A stretch of DNA of 64,000 nucleotides from Vulcanimicrobiales bacterium (GTDB taxonomy: Bacteria; Vulcanimicrobiota; Vulcanimicrobiia; Vulcanimicrobiales; Vulcanimicrobiaceae): the NCBI GenBank assembly GCA_038231455.1, contig JBBRLI010000003.1, forward strand, positions 32,001 through 96,000, given 5' to 3'. This document shows, in pieces, positions 9,645 to 20,240 of this stretch (its first letter is position 1; the number at the start of each line of letters is the position of its first letter). Below the pieces are notes generated by a model that worked only from the letters and a program-made list of their open reading frames with translations, was not told where the DNA came from and did no database searches. The position numbers and the translations under genes were made by a program.

Positions 9645-12083
9645 ATGATTCGGCGCCTCGTCTTCGTCTTGGTTTTCTTTGCTTTTGCAACTCCCGCTAC
9701 GCGCTTAGTCGCGCAAACCGCGTTGCCCACGATCGCGGAAAAGACGGCGGGCCTCGAGCACAAAGACGGGTTCATCCCCGAATACTGGGATGTGCGGACT
9801 GGGAAACTCTGGCTTGAGATTCCGCAGTTCGATGCGGATCTGATCTACGCGGTCTCGCTGCCGACGGGTATTGGCAGCAACGACATCGGCCTCGATCGCG
9901 GACAGCGCGGCGAGACGCGGATCGTGCGGTTCGAGCGTGTCGGACCAAAAGTGTTGCTCGTCCAGCCCAACCTCGATTTTCGCGCGAACAGCAGCAATCC
10001 CGATGAAGTGAAAGCCGTCGCTGAATCGTTCGCGCAGTCGGTGCTCTACGGATTTACGGTGAGCGCCGAGAGCGGCGGCCACGTGCTCGTCGATGCGACC
10101 GATTTTGCGCTGCGCGACGCACATGGCGTGATTGCGTCGCTCAAACAAACGCAACAGGGCGATTTTCGTCTCGATCAGACACGCAGCGCGCTGTATCTGC
10201 CGAACCTCAAGGCGTTCCCACGCAATAGCGAGATTGAAGCGACGCTAACGTTTGCAAGTGAGAATCCCGGCCGCTACGTGCGCGATGTAGCGCCGACGGC
10301 AACTGCCGTGACCGTGCGCGAACGCCAGTCGTTCATTCAAGCACCCGAACCGGGTTTTGTGCCCCGTCAGAACGACCCGCGTTCCGGATTCTTCGGCATT
10401 TCGTACGTCGATGAAGCCGTGCCGCTGGGCGCACCGATTCAGCAGCGTTTCATCGCCCGTCATCGTCTGGAGAAAAAAGACCCGAGCGCAGCGATCTCCG
10501 ATCCGGTCAACCCGATCGTGTATTATGTCGATCGCGGAGCACCGGAGAATATTCGCACGGCGCTCATCGCCGGCGCAAGTTGGTGGAACGCAGCGTTCGA
10601 GTCGGCAGGCTACCGCAACGCGTTTCGCGTCGAGTTGATGCCGGTCGGCGCCGATCCCGAAGACGTTCGCTATAATACGATTCAATGGGTCCATCGCATC
10701 ACCCGCGGTTATAGCTACGGGGCGTCGGTCATCGATCCGCGTACGGGCGAAATCATCAAAGGCAACGTGACGCTCGGCTCGCTGCGCGGCCGCCAAGATT
10801 ATCTGATCGGTGAGGGCATGCTCGCACCGTATCAGCGGGGCACAGAACACGCAGATGAGGTCGAGCGATTCGTGCTCGCGCGCATTCGCCAACTGGCCGC
10901 GCACGAAGTCGGCCATACGCTCGGTTTAGTGCACAACTATATTTCAAGCGCCCAGGGACGTTCGTCGGTCATGGACTATCCGCAGCCGGCGATTACGCTG
11001 ACCGTGAACGGTGTGCTCGATCTGCACGCGCCGTATCCCGAGGGGATCGGCGCGTGGGATAAAGTCGCGATCACCTATGGGTACGCCACATTTCCTACGG
11101 GCACCGGCGAGCGCAGCGGACTGAACCGCGTGCTGAGCGATGCGCGCGCGCGCGGCCTCTATCTGCTCACGGACCAAGACGCGCGTCCGCCCGGTAGCGC
11201 GCACCCGCAGACCCATCTGTGGGACAACGGCACCGATGCGACGCGCGAGCTTGCTCGCGTGATGACGGTGCGACGAGCCGCGCTCGACCGTTTCGGCGAG
11301 CACGCGATTCCGCTTGGCATGCCGATGGCGACGATTGAAGACGTGCTCGTCCCCGTGTATCTTTATCATCGCTATCAAGTTGAGGCGGCAACCAAAGTCG
11401 TGGGTGGTCAGTGGTACAACTACGCGATGCGCGGCGATGGCGTCGAGCCGCTTCGCCCGGTTGCCGCTGCGGATCAGCGCCGCGCGCTTGCGGGCATCCT
11501 CGCTACGATCGCCCCGCGCGAACTCACCTTACCGCGCTCGGTGATCGCGAGCATTCCGCCGCGACCCTTGGGCTACGATTCGCATCGCGAGTTGTTTGCC
11601 CGATCGACGGGCTTGGTATTCGATACGGTCTCGCCGGCCGCTGCTGCGGCGGATCTGACATTCGCGCTCCTCTTCAATCCCCAGCGCGCAGCGCGCCTCC
11701 TCGAACAGCATGCGCTCGATGCGCGACTGCCCGACCTTGCCGAAATTCTCGACGCAAGCGAACGCGCCGTTTTCGCCGCGCGCATTTCATCGCCGTATGA
11801 GGCGGAGATCGGGCGCGCGGTCGAGCGCGCGATGACCGAACGCCTGATGGAACTCGCCCGAACCGCTCCCCTCTCGCAGGTGCGAGCGGTAGCGAATCGC
11901 GAGCTCGAAACGCTTCGCGCGCGCCTTGCGGCGCGACGTTCGCGCGATGCTGCAACGCGCGCAAGCGATACGTTGTTGGTCGGTGACATTGGCCGTTTCT
12001 TCGCCCGACCGTGGCAGCAAAAGGACATCATCCCGGTGCCCGAGCCTCCGCCCGGCGCACCAATTGGAGAGGACGAGGAGTGA
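9645..12083 (+). CDS. Secreted zinc metalloprotease (EcxA-like, DUF5117/DUF4953 type)
   Basis: Signal peptide; HEVGHTLGLVHN zinc motif and SVMDY Met-turn. Confidence 0.9.
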   Translation: MIRRLVFVLVFFAFATPATRLVAQTALPTIAEKTAGLEHKDGFIPEYWDVRTGKLWLEIPQFDADLIYAVSLPTGIGSNDIGLDRGQRGETRIVRFERVGPKVLLVQPNLDFRANSSNPDEVKAVAESFAQSVLYGFTVSAESGGHVLVDATDFALRDAHGVIASLKQTQQGDFRLDQTRSALYLPNLKAFPRNSEIEATLTFASENPGRYVRDVAPTATAVTVRERQSFIQAPEPGFVPRQNDPRSGFFGISYVDEAVPLGAPIQQRFIARHRLEKKDPSAAISDPVNPIVYYVDRGAPENIRTALIAGASWWNAAFESAGYRNAFRVELMPVGADPEDVRYNTIQWVHRITRGYSYGASVIDPRTGEIIKGNVTLGSLRGRQDYLIGEGMLAPYQRGTEHADEVERFVLARIRQLAAHEVGHTLGLVHNYISSAQGRSSVMDYPQPAITLTVNGVLDLHAPYPEGIGAWDKVAITYGYATFPTGTGERSGLNRVLSDARARGLYLLTDQDARPPGSAHPQTHLWDNGTDATRELARVMTVRRAALDRFGEHAIPLGMPMATIEDVLVPVYLYHRYQVEAATKVVGGQWYNYAMRGDGVEPLRPVAAADQRRALAGILATIAPRELTLPRSVIASIPPRPLGYDSHRELFARSTGLVFDTVSPAAAAADLTFALLFNPQRAARLLEQHALDARLPDLAEILDASERAVFAARISSPYEAEIGRAVERAMTERLMELARTAPLSQVRAVANRELETLRARLAARRSRDAATRASDTLLVGDIGRFFARPWQQKDIIPVPEPPPGAPIGEDEE

Positions 12084-13081
12084 CCGACACGATTCGATGG
12101 GGCATCTTGAGCACGGCGAACATCGCCCTCAAGCGCTTTATCCCGGGTGTGAAATTGTCGCGGAACGGAACCCTTGCGGCAATTGCCAGCCGCGATCTTA
12201 AGCGCGCGCAGTCTGCCGCAGGCGAACACGGGATTCCAAAAGCATACGGGTCGTACGAAGAACTGCTCGCCGATCCCGAGATCGACGCCATCTACAATCC
12301 GCTTCCCAATGCGCTGCACGCGGAGTGGACGATCAAAGCGGCCGCAGCCGGCAAGCCGATCCTCTGCGAGAAGCCGATCTCGATCAATACGGCTGATGCT
12401 CTGCGGATGATCGAGGCTTGCAAATACAACGACGTGCTGCTTATGGAAGCGTTTATGTATCGCTTCCACCCGCAGCACGCGCGCGTGCGCGAACTCATCG
12501 CCGCTGGCGCGATCGGCGAATTGCGGTCGGTCCGCGCCTCGTTTTCGTTCTTGCTCGAACCGTTTTCACGGAAGAACGTGCGTTTACAGCACGATCTTGG
12601 GGGCGGTGCGCTTGCCGATGTTGGTTGTTACGCCGTCAATGCCGCGCGCATGCTCTTCGGTGAGGAACCGCTCTGGGCGTCGGCGCAGTGGGATGTGCGC
12701 GAACAATTCGGCGTCGACGTTGCGACCTCCGGCGTCTTGTGTTTCTCCGATCGACGATTTGCCAGTATCGACTGCGGCTTTCGCGCGTCAACGTACGGCA
12801 CGTACACGGCGATCGGAACGAAGGGCCATATCGACGTGCCTGAAGCATTCGTCCCCGACGATGATGTCGTGCTCGTGATTACCGAAGGCCGCGAGCGGCG
12901 CGAAGAGCGGCTACCGAAGGTGCATCAATTCGCGCTCGAAGCCGAAGAGTTCGCGGATGCCCTCCTGACCGGCCGGCCGCTAACCATGGGTCCGCTCGAT
13001 GGCGTCGCCAACCTGCACGTCGTCGATGCGCTCGCACGTTCGGCGACGGCGCTTGGCTTGCGGCAAGACGTGCGCCGCTAA
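12080..13081 (+). CDS. Gfo/Idh/MocA oxidoreductase
   Basis: GTG start in GTGA overlap; IRWGILSTANIA, ILCEKP, GGGALADVGCY. Confidence 0.9.
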   Translation: MTDTIRWGILSTANIALKRFIPGVKLSRNGTLAAIASRDLKRAQSAAGEHGIPKAYGSYEELLADPEIDAIYNPLPNALHAEWTIKAAAAGKPILCEKPISINTADALRMIEACKYNDVLLMEAFMYRFHPQHARVRELIAAGAIGELRSVRASFSFLLEPFSRKNVRLQHDLGGGALADVGCYAVNAARMLFGEEPLWASAQWDVREQFGVDVATSGVLCFSDRRFASIDCGFRASTYGTYTAIGTKGHIDVPEAFVPDDDVVLVITEGRERREERLPKVHQFALEAEEFADALLTGRPLTMGPLDGVANLHVVDALARSATALGLRQDVRR

Positions 13082-13084
13082 GGT

Positions 13085-13744
13085 ATGCGCCCCGTCGTCA
13101 CTCAGGCGGCTGGGAAAACGTACGCGAGCGGTGTCGTCGCGCTGCGCGGGGTCTCGTTTGCGATCGGCGCGGGCGAGATGGTGGCGATCTGTGGCCCCAG
13201 TGGCTGCGGAAAGAGTACGTTGCTCGCGCTGCTGGGGTGCGTCGATGTTCCGAGCACGGGGACGATATCAATCGACGGCGCGATAACTTCGCGACTGAAC
13301 GATCGCGCGCTCACGCGTCTCCGGCGCCAGCGGATCGGCACCGTTTTTCAATCATTCAATTTGTTGCAAACGCTGACGATCGCCGAAAACATTGCCGTGC
13401 CGCTGGTTTTAGCCGGCTGGAAACTCGCAGCGGTGGAGCGCCGCACGATCGACGTTCTGGAGCGCGTTGGGATTCGCGAGCAAGCCGATCGTTTGCCGTC
13501 GCAAATCTCCGGAGGACAGGCACAGCGAGCGGCGATCGCGCGGGCGATCGTCCACGAACCCGCGATCCTTCTCGCCGATGAACCGACCGGAAATCTCGAT
13601 TCGAAAACCGGCGCTGAAATTTTGTCGCTGCTTCGCGAGCTCGCGCGGGGCGGTCAGACGATTGCGATGGCAACGCATGACATGCGGGCGGCGGATAGCT
13701 GCGATCGGACGCTGGTTTTGCGCGATGGAGCGCTTATCGCATGA
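13085..13744 (+). CDS. ABC transporter ATP-binding protein (LolD/MacB type)
   Basis: Walker [29 protein letters not shown]. Confidence 0.95.
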   Translation: MRPVVTQAAGKTYASGVVALRGVSFAIGAGEMVAICGPSGCGKSTLLALLGCVDVPSTGTISIDGAITSRLNDRALTRLRRQRIGTVFQSFNLLQTLTIAENIAVPLVLAGWKLAAVERRTIDVLERVGIREQADRLPSQISGGQAQRAAIARAIVHEPAILLADEPTGNLDSKTGAEILSLLRELARGGQTIAMATHDMRAADSCDRTLVLRDGALIA

Positions 13745-16188
13745 TCTTCGATGCGCTCTTTTTCCGTCAATTTCGGCGCAACGCGCTGCTCTCACTCGTG
13801 ACGATTGCAGCGATTGCTCTCGCCGTTGCGGTACTTACGGCAATCGAACTTGCGAACGCATCTGCAGCACGCGCATTTGCCGATGCCGATTCACACCTTC
13901 ACGACCGCATCGGCATCCAGATCGTCGGCAGCGCTCCGTTTGACGAACGGGGAATCGCGCGAATCGCTACGCAGCCCGGCGTGGTTGCCGCATTGCCGAT
14001 CACCGAGGATCAACTATTAATCGAGGGGCCGGAGCCCGAAATCGTGCGTGCGGTTGGCGTCGATTCCCTTGCACGTCTGCCCATCGATGCGGAATTCCGC
14101 AACGAACGCCCGGGCCCGTTTTCGGACGGCGGGCGCGTGCAGTCGGCGTTATTCGCCGGCGGCGCCATCGTTTCGGCGCGACTCGCCGCGCACGCGGGTG
14201 CCTCGCTCTTGGTCCGCGCGCGCGGCGCTCGCATACGTGTTCAGATTGCCGGCGTACTTCCGGCGGGTCGAGCCGGTGCCGATTCGAGTACGGTGTTTTT
14301 CGATATCGCTTCCGCGCAGCGGCTCTTCGGTAAACGTGGCGTGCTCGATCGGATCGATTTAATCGTCGATGCGGGCGAGCGTCGCGCGCTCGTCGCGCGG
14401 CTTCCCCCGCTCGTGCCGCGCGGAACGCAGGCGATCGACACCGTCGATCAACGCGCGGCGGTGGGGACGCTGCGCGATGCTTTTACACACGATCTCGATG
14501 CGCTCGCCGCGGTCGCTCTTCTCGTTGCAGCATTGCTCGTGGCCAATGCCGGCGCGATTGGCGTCGTGCAACGTCGACCGGAAATCGGTATCTTACGCGC
14601 GCTCGGCGCAGAGCGCGGTCAAATATTTCGCGCATTCCTCGCCGAGGGGATGACCTTTGGCGCGTTCGGCGCGCTCTTTGGGGTGATCGCCGGTGTAGCG
14701 CTTGCGGGCTTGGCCGCGCGTGCGCTCGGTATTGCCGTCGACCCCTCGCCGGATCCCCTGCTCTTGATCTTGTGTTGGACGATCGGCGTGGTGCTGGCCA
14801 TGCTGGCAGCCGTCTACCCGGCGCTCATCGCGGCGCGGACGCCTCCGGCGATTGCCATGCGTTCGACCGGCTTTGAGGGTTCGAGCAGTAGTCGCGCAAA
14901 GGTGTTCGGCACGATCGGCGGTGTGTTGCTTCTTGCCGGAGCGACGTTCGCTGCATTCAGTAATCCGACTGCCGGTGGGTTCGCGGCGATCGCCGTCATC
15001 ATCGGGAGTGTTTGCCTTGTGCCGTCGATCGTCGATGGATCTTCGCGGGCGTTCGGACAGGTCGCGGACCGACGTTCCGCGGCGGCGCGATTGGCCGCGG
15101 CGAATCTCGGGGTGACGCCCGCCCGTATTGGCGTTGCCGTCGCGTCGCTGGCGATTGCGATTGCACTCGGAGCGAGCGTGGCGATTGTGATCGCATCGTT
15201 CCAATCGACCATGCTCGCGTGGGCGAATGCAACATTGCGCGCCGATATCGTGGTCTCGGTGCCGCCGGGTACCGGGCTTTCATCCGCGCTGCTCGGACGA
15301 TTGCGTGCGCTTCGCGAAGTTGCGCACGTCGATAGCAAACGCACCACGAACGTCCCGTTTCGCGGTTCGCTGGTCCGGCTTGACGCCCAGAATCTCGAAC
15401 GTGGCGCGTCCGGACTGCGCATTGTCTCCGGCGGTATTCCAAGCGATCGTGAGGCGATCGTTGTCAGCGAACGGTTTGTCGCGCAGTTTCACGTCGGCTT
15501 GGGCGAGCGAATCTCGCTCGTGACGTCGCGCGGGCCGGTACCGCTGCGCATTGCCGCAATCGCCGCCGACTATGAAAACGCGATCGGCGTCATCACACTC
15601 GATACGAAAACCGACCGCTTTCTCTTTGGCGAGCGTGAGGCAACATCGGCGTCTGTCGTCATGCGCAGCGGCGCGAATCCGATTGTCGTGCGCACGCAAC
15701 TCGCGCACGCTGCCGGCGAGCTTCCGATTCGCTTGGAGACGACGGCCGAACTCCGGGCATCGATCGTCGCGCTGTTTAACGGCGTGTTTGTCGCTGCTGC
15801 GGGCCTTGGATTCGTTGCAATCGCGATCGCCATTCTTGGGGTGACGAGCACGCTATACGCTCTCATCGCCGAACGTCGCACCGAGATCGAACTCTTGCGC
15901 GTTCTTGGCTTACGCGTGCGCGGCGTACGCAGCATGGTTCTCTATGAAGCGGGCATGATCGGTATCGTTGGAGCCGCGATCGGAATGACGCTTGGCCTTT
16001 GCCTTGCGCTCATCGTGCTCTTTGCGATCGACCGACCGTTGTTCGGCTGGACCATCGGCTTGCACGTACCGCTCGGGACCCTTGCTGCGATTGCCGGTGC
16101 GGTCATCGCAGCGGCGCTTGCGGCCGGATTGTATCCGGCGCACGTTGCAGCACGTTTGCTCGTGCGTGACGCGGTGCGTTCGGAATGA
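13741..16188 (+). CDS. FtsX/MacB-type ABC permease with two repeats (AttF/G-like)
   Basis: RRPEIGILRALGA and ERRTEIELLRVLG motifs, two periplasmic domains. Confidence 0.9.
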   Translation: MIFDALFFRQFRRNALLSLVTIAAIALAVAVLTAIELANASAARAFADADSHLHDRIGIQIVGSAPFDERGIARIATQPGVVAALPITEDQLLIEGPEPEIVRAVGVDSLARLPIDAEFRNERPGPFSDGGRVQSALFAGGAIVSARLAAHAGASLLVRARGARIRVQIAGVLPAGRAGADSSTVFFDIASAQRLFGKRGVLDRIDLIVDAGERRALVARLPPLVPRGTQAIDTVDQRAAVGTLRDAFTHDLDALAAVALLVAALLVANAGAIGVVQRRPEIGILRALGAERGQIFRAFLAEGMTFGAFGALFGVIAGVALAGLAARALGIAVDPSPDPLLLILCWTIGVVLAMLAAVYPALIAARTPPAIAMRSTGFEGSSSSRAKVFGTIGGVLLLAGATFAAFSNPTAGGFAAIAVIIGSVCLVPSIVDGSSRAFGQVADRRSAAARLAAANLGVTPARIGVAVASLAIAIALGASVAIVIASFQSTMLAWANATLRADIVVSVPPGTGLSSALLGRLRALREVAHVDSKRTTNVPFRGSLVRLDAQNLERGASGLRIVSGGIPSDREAIVVSERFVAQFHVGLGERISLVTSRGPVPLRIAAIAADYENAIGVITLDTKTDRFLFGEREATSASVVMRSGANPIVVRTQLAHAAGELPIRLETTAELRASIVALFNGVFVAAAGLGFVAIAIAILGVTSTLYALIAERRTEIELLRVLGLRVRGVRSMVLYEAGMIGIVGAAIGMTLGLCLALIVLFAIDRPLFGWTIGLHVPLGTLAAIAGAVIAAALAAGLYPAHVAARLLVRDAVRSE

Positions 16189-17171
16189 GAAGCCTGGCTC
16201 TTGCGCTGGCTCTTGCGATTTTTTTCCCCTCGGCAGATGTGTTGGCGTCGACTTCCGTTCCGCGGAAGCGCGAGGTTTGGCGTTCACTCATTCACGTGAG
16301 GACGGATCGCGGACGAAACATCGATCTTGCCGCGATATTTTTTCGCTACGCCGTTTCCGCAAGCCGGGACGGCAGCGCATGGTCGACGACCGCGATCGAT
16401 CCCGCCAGCGTTGCGATCGTCGACGAAGACAACCACCAGATGTATGCTGCAAGCGCGGTACAGCGCGAAGCACTCGGCCTAGCACACGCGCGATCGGACC
16501 GTCTCGATGTTGCGGTGGGACGCCTCTGGATGCGAATGGCGAACCACGATCCTCGCGCGCATGTCGCCCTCCACCTCGAAGCCGGAGCTGCAATCGCCGA
16601 TCTCGACGAACGCGTGGAGCTTCCGCTGATCGCCCTTGGGAACGGTGCGAGTGCCTACCCCCGACTCGCGGTACGGGGCACGGTTCGGATCGGCAACGAG
16701 TCGCTCGCCGTCCGCGGAACGGGATGGATCGACCATGTGCTCGGCGATACAGCCGCAGGTGAAGATGGTTGGGACCGGTTCGTCGTTGCCTTTGATGACG
16801 GTCGCGTACTGCTCGTCGAACGTCGCCGGAATGCAAGCGGTGTCCGCACGAATGTGGACGGCGGTATCTTTGTCGATCGGAGCGGCGCCGTTCATCGACT
16901 GAGCGCCGGCGATTTTACCGTTGAAAACCCGCTTTCAACGAATTGGCTGAGCGTTCGAACGCACGCGCGCTATCCATCGCTTTGGGAAATCTCGGTTCCC
17001 AGTGCCGGATTGGATCTTGCGTTGATTCCCCCGATCCAAAATCAAGAGATCGTTGGTGAGGGCCAAGGCCAATCATTTTACGATGGCGCCCTCACGGTCG
17101 AACGATTCCCGCCGCCCGAGCATACGGATCGCGGGCGCGGCTTCGTCGAGCTTACCGGCTACGTGCCTTAA
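16185..17171 (+). CDS. AttH-like lipocalin-fold secreted protein
   Basis: Signal peptide; GTGWIDH, GWDRF, RYPSLW, GRGFVELTGY; follows an AttEFG-type ABC pair. Confidence 0.7.
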   Translation: MRSLALALALAIFFPSADVLASTSVPRKREVWRSLIHVRTDRGRNIDLAAIFFRYAVSASRDGSAWSTTAIDPASVAIVDEDNHQMYAASAVQREALGLAHARSDRLDVAVGRLWMRMANHDPRAHVALHLEAGAAIADLDERVELPLIALGNGASAYPRLAVRGTVRIGNESLAVRGTGWIDHVLGDTAAGEDGWDRFVVAFDDGRVLLVERRRNASGVRTNVDGGIFVDRSGAVHRLSAGDFTVENPLSTNWLSVRTHARYPSLWEISVPSAGLDLALIPPIQNQEIVGEGQGQSFYDGALTVERFPPPEHTDRGRGFVELTGYVP

Positions 17172-17779
17172 GGCGCGTTCGGCGCGACGTTGGTGTAGGC
17201 GATGGTTTTTACGAGGTCGTTGCCGATGAAGCGCTGCACGCGCACGGGCAGCCCGGTTGCTATCGAGCAGTCAATGAGATCGCGCGTGTAGCCACCGGAT
17301 TTTGCGGGATCGGCAATCGCAAGCGTGAGTTCGTTTGTAGCCGTGCCATCGATCGTTGGCCCCGGCTTTTGCGTAAGAGTGCCGTCATTTTGCAAATGCG
17401 CGAGCACCCAGCCAAACGATGCCATCGCGACGGTGTCGCCGCGTAGCGTCACGACGCGCGGATCGGTGAGCGCGACTTTGATGTGCATGTGCGAGAAGAT
17501 GCCGGGCGGCGAAGCGACAACGGTCGAGCCGCCGTCCCATTCTTCGCGTCCGCCGCGCCCGGGGCCGGCGGCGACGGCGATCGTCGCGTGATGCGGTTTA
17601 CTGAAGGTGAAATCGTACGTGCGGTCCTGGACGTTGCTCCCGGCCGTCTCGTGCATGACGAGCGTGGCGTGATAGGCGGGGATCGCTGCCCACGACTGCG
17701 CGAAGCGGTCAAGCGCCGCGTTCTGCGGCGCGAGTGCCATACCGGCGGCTAGGAGAGGCAAGATCAGCAAACGTTTCAT
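17168..17779 (-). CDS. LolA-like periplasmic protein
   Basis: ATG at 17779, signal peptide MKRLLILPLLAAGMALA; FTFSKPHH and TGLPVRV...TIAYTNV LolA-superfamily pattern. Confidence 0.6.
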   Translation of the reverse strand: MKRLLILPLLAAGMALAPQNAALDRFAQSWAAIPAYHATLVMHETAGSNVQDRTYDFTFSKPHHATIAVAAGPGRGGREEWDGGSTVVASPPGIFSHMHIKVALTDPRVVTLRGDTVAMASFGWVLAHLQNDGTLTQKPGPTIDGTATNELTLAIADPAKSGGYTRDLIDCSIATGLPVRVQRFIGNDLVKTIAYTNVAPNAP

Positions 17780-17863
17780 ACGGCCGTGTAACGCGAAGGA
17801 CGCCGGAGAAGTTACGGATCGACGCTCGGTTGGTTTCGGGTCCAAAGTTGGGTAGAAGAACGT

Positions 17864-18292
17864 ATGAGCCGCGCGTTTATGAAAGAGCGGGACGACGTTC
17901 CCGAGTTACCGATCCTCCTGCGTGATCCGGCGGAGCCGCAACTGATGACGGCCTCGGGTCTCGAGCGGCTGCACGCGAAGCGTGCTACGGCCATGACGCC
18001 GATGGAGCGCCTGCGGATCGACAATGCCATAGCGGCTGCCGTTGTTGTCGAGCCGCCACTCGATACGAGCGTTGTCGCATTCGGTGCAACGGTCCGCGTG
18101 AGTGGAGCTGCTGCGCTGGAACGCACGTATACCATTGTTGGAACCGATGATGCCGATGTCGGCGCGGGCCGCATCAGCGTGCATTCACCGCTCGCCGACG
18201 CACTGATGGGCGGACGTGTGGGCGATCGCGTGACATGGAGTCGGCCAGCAGGGGACCGGACGCTAACGATTCTTGAGGTTGGCTACCGCTAA
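17864..18292 (+). CDS. GreA/GreB family transcription elongation factor (short form)
   Basis: MSRAFMKE start; VAFGATV, YTIVGTDDAD, ISVHSPLADAL. Confidence 0.85.
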   Translation: MSRAFMKERDDVPELPILLRDPAEPQLMTASGLERLHAKRATAMTPMERLRIDNAIAAAVVVEPPLDTSVVAFGATVRVSGAAALERTYTIVGTDDADVGAGRISVHSPLADALMGGRVGDRVTWSRPAGDRTLTILEVGYR

Positions 18293-18336
18293 GCACCGGG
18301 CAAGGCCGGTCCACGCGCCGCGCGCAACTCGCTTGC

Positions 18337-18801
18337 ATGGATGAACGAGAGATCGCTGGCGTTTTCGCGCCGCCGCCGTTGATTTTTGGAACGGCACTCC
18401 TGGGTGGACTTGCACTTGGCGCGCTCACCGACCGCAACGATCGCGGCCGTGCGGTGGTGCGCGGCATCGGCGTGCTTGCCCTCATCGGCGGCGCGGTCAT
18501 CGGGGCAGCCGCGATCGCCGAACTCAAACGCGTCGGGACGAACTTGAGCCCCTTCGAGCCAACCACCGCGCTCTGCACGTCTGGCATTTTTGCACGGACG
18601 CGGAATCCCGCCTACGTCGGCGCGACCTCGATCTACATCGGCATCGCATTACTCGCGCGCTCGATCCCAGCGTTCGTGTTACTCCCCGTCGCGCTGGCGA
18701 TGATGGATAGCGGCGTTGTCGATCGCGAAGAACGCTATTTGGAGAAAAAATTCGGCGCAACGTACAAGACCTATCGCGCCGAGGTTGCGCGCTGGTTTTA
18801 A
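18337..18801 (+). CDS. Isoprenylcysteine carboxylmethyltransferase family membrane protein
   Basis: SGIFARTRNPAY and REERYLEKKFGATY motifs. Confidence 0.85.
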   Translation: MDEREIAGVFAPPPLIFGTALLGGLALGALTDRNDRGRAVVRGIGVLALIGGAVIGAAAIAELKRVGTNLSPFEPTTALCTSGIFARTRNPAYVGATSIYIGIALLARSIPAFVLLPVALAMMDSGVVDREERYLEKKFGATYKTYRAEVARWF

Positions 18802-18847
18802 CGTTTGCGGAAGGGTCGCTTCGGTTCGCTGCGGTAGCCCGGAAGGT

Positions 18848-19219
18848 ATGGAAACGTTTTCGGTTTCTCATGCGCGCGATGGCGACTATCAAGCTGGCGG
18901 CTTACGCGATTTCTTCGAATATCGCGATCTTGGCGTTGCAGCGGCCACGGGCGGGCGCGTCGGTGCACACGTCATCCGCGCTCGCGGCGCGCACGACGAA
19001 GCGGGGACGACGCATCGTCATACACTCGACGTGCAACTCGTCTACGTGCTGCGCGGCTGGATTACGTTTGCGTATGCGGGTCAGGGCGAGGTGACGCTGC
19101 GGGCGGGCTCTTGCGTCCATCAACCGCCGGGAATCGTACACACGGAACTCGGACACTCGGCGGATTTAGAGATGCTCGAGATCACGCTGCCGGCAACGTT
19201 TGCAACCGCCCCGGCGTAG
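18848..19219 (+). CDS. Cupin domain protein
   Basis: GGAAGG RBS before ATG 18848; HRHTLDVQLVYVLRGW, QPPGIVH. Confidence 0.85.
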   Translation: METFSVSHARDGDYQAGGLRDFFEYRDLGVAAATGGRVGAHVIRARGAHDEAGTTHRHTLDVQLVYVLRGWITFAYAGQGEVTLRAGSCVHQPPGIVHTELGHSADLEMLEITLPATFATAPA

Positions 19220-19223
19220 TCGC

Positions 19224-20240
19224 GTGCAACATGTTCTTACCGCGTTCGCACTTGCGTTTGGTTGCGTCCTCGCATCGGCCGTATCCGCGCAGGCCGCTTG
19301 CCCAGGCAAGGTTCCGGCGAAGGCGCTTTACTACATCACGGATCGAGCGGCGCAGAGCGGAGACGGACTTTTTTCCGGCGAGCGCGGCTATGGTATGGGG
19401 CATTTGCCACGCGTCGTGCGCGGGACGATTGCCGCGCCGGTCGGCCATGTGAGGGCGCGCGCGTGCGCATCGGAGTCAGAATTCTACTCCTCCGTTGCTG
19501 CCACGATGGCGGCGGTAAACACGTCGACGATCATTCTCTACGTCCCGGGCTACTACACCTCGTTTGCACAGGCAACCGGCGATGCGCTCAAGTTGCAGGC
19601 GATTTCGCATGTTAGCGGGCCCGTGATCGTGTATTCGTGGCCCTCGAAAGTAACGAGCCGCCTTACCTACATCAACGACGAGAGCAACGCCACGTGGTCG
19701 ATGATCTCGTTCAAAGATACCCTTGCCGCGCTACGAAAGCGCTTCCCATCCGCCCGGTTTTCTTTTGTCGCGCACAGTCTGGGCTCGCGCTTTGCGCTGG
19801 AGGGGATGGACGCTCTGCGGTTGAGTGGCTGCACCGGCTGCGTCGGTCGTACGGCGTTTTTTGCAGCCGACGTTGATTCCGACACGATGCTTGCCGAACT
19901 TCATGCCGATGGGCTGTGCGCCGGACCGCCGAAAACGAATCCGACCGTCTCGGCCCCCGTCGTGCTCTATGCAAGCAACAAAGATGTCGCTCTGCGTCAG
20001 TCACAGCAACTTCACGGACATCAGCGTGCCGGTCAAGCGGGCAACGAACTGATCCTCTGCAGTGGCGTCGACACGATCGATGTGAGCTACTTCAAGAGTT
20101 CGGATCGCGTCGGTCACACCTACCAAGTTGACGCGAAGGTCGCAAACGACGCACGCGCGGCATTTGCGGGCGTCCCGCCGCGTAAACGCGGTCTCAAATC
20201 CGTCGAGCGCGGCGGCAAGATCTACTACGAACTTCGCTAG
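19224..20240 (+). CDS. Secreted alpha/beta hydrolase (DUF900-like)
   Basis: Signal peptide; YVPGYYTSF, YSWPS, AHSLG nucleophile elbow. Confidence 0.8.
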   Translation: MQHVLTAFALAFGCVLASAVSAQAACPGKVPAKALYYITDRAAQSGDGLFSGERGYGMGHLPRVVRGTIAAPVGHVRARACASESEFYSSVAATMAAVNTSTIILYVPGYYTSFAQATGDALKLQAISHVSGPVIVYSWPSKVTSRLTYINDESNATWSMISFKDTLAALRKRFPSARFSFVAHSLGSRFALEGMDALRLSGCTGCVGRTAFFAADVDSDTMLAELHADGLCAGPPKTNPTVSAPVVLYASNKDVALRQSQQLHGHQRAGQAGNELILCSGVDTIDVSYFKSSDRVGHTYQVDAKVANDARAAFAGVPPRKRGLKSVERGGKIYYELR

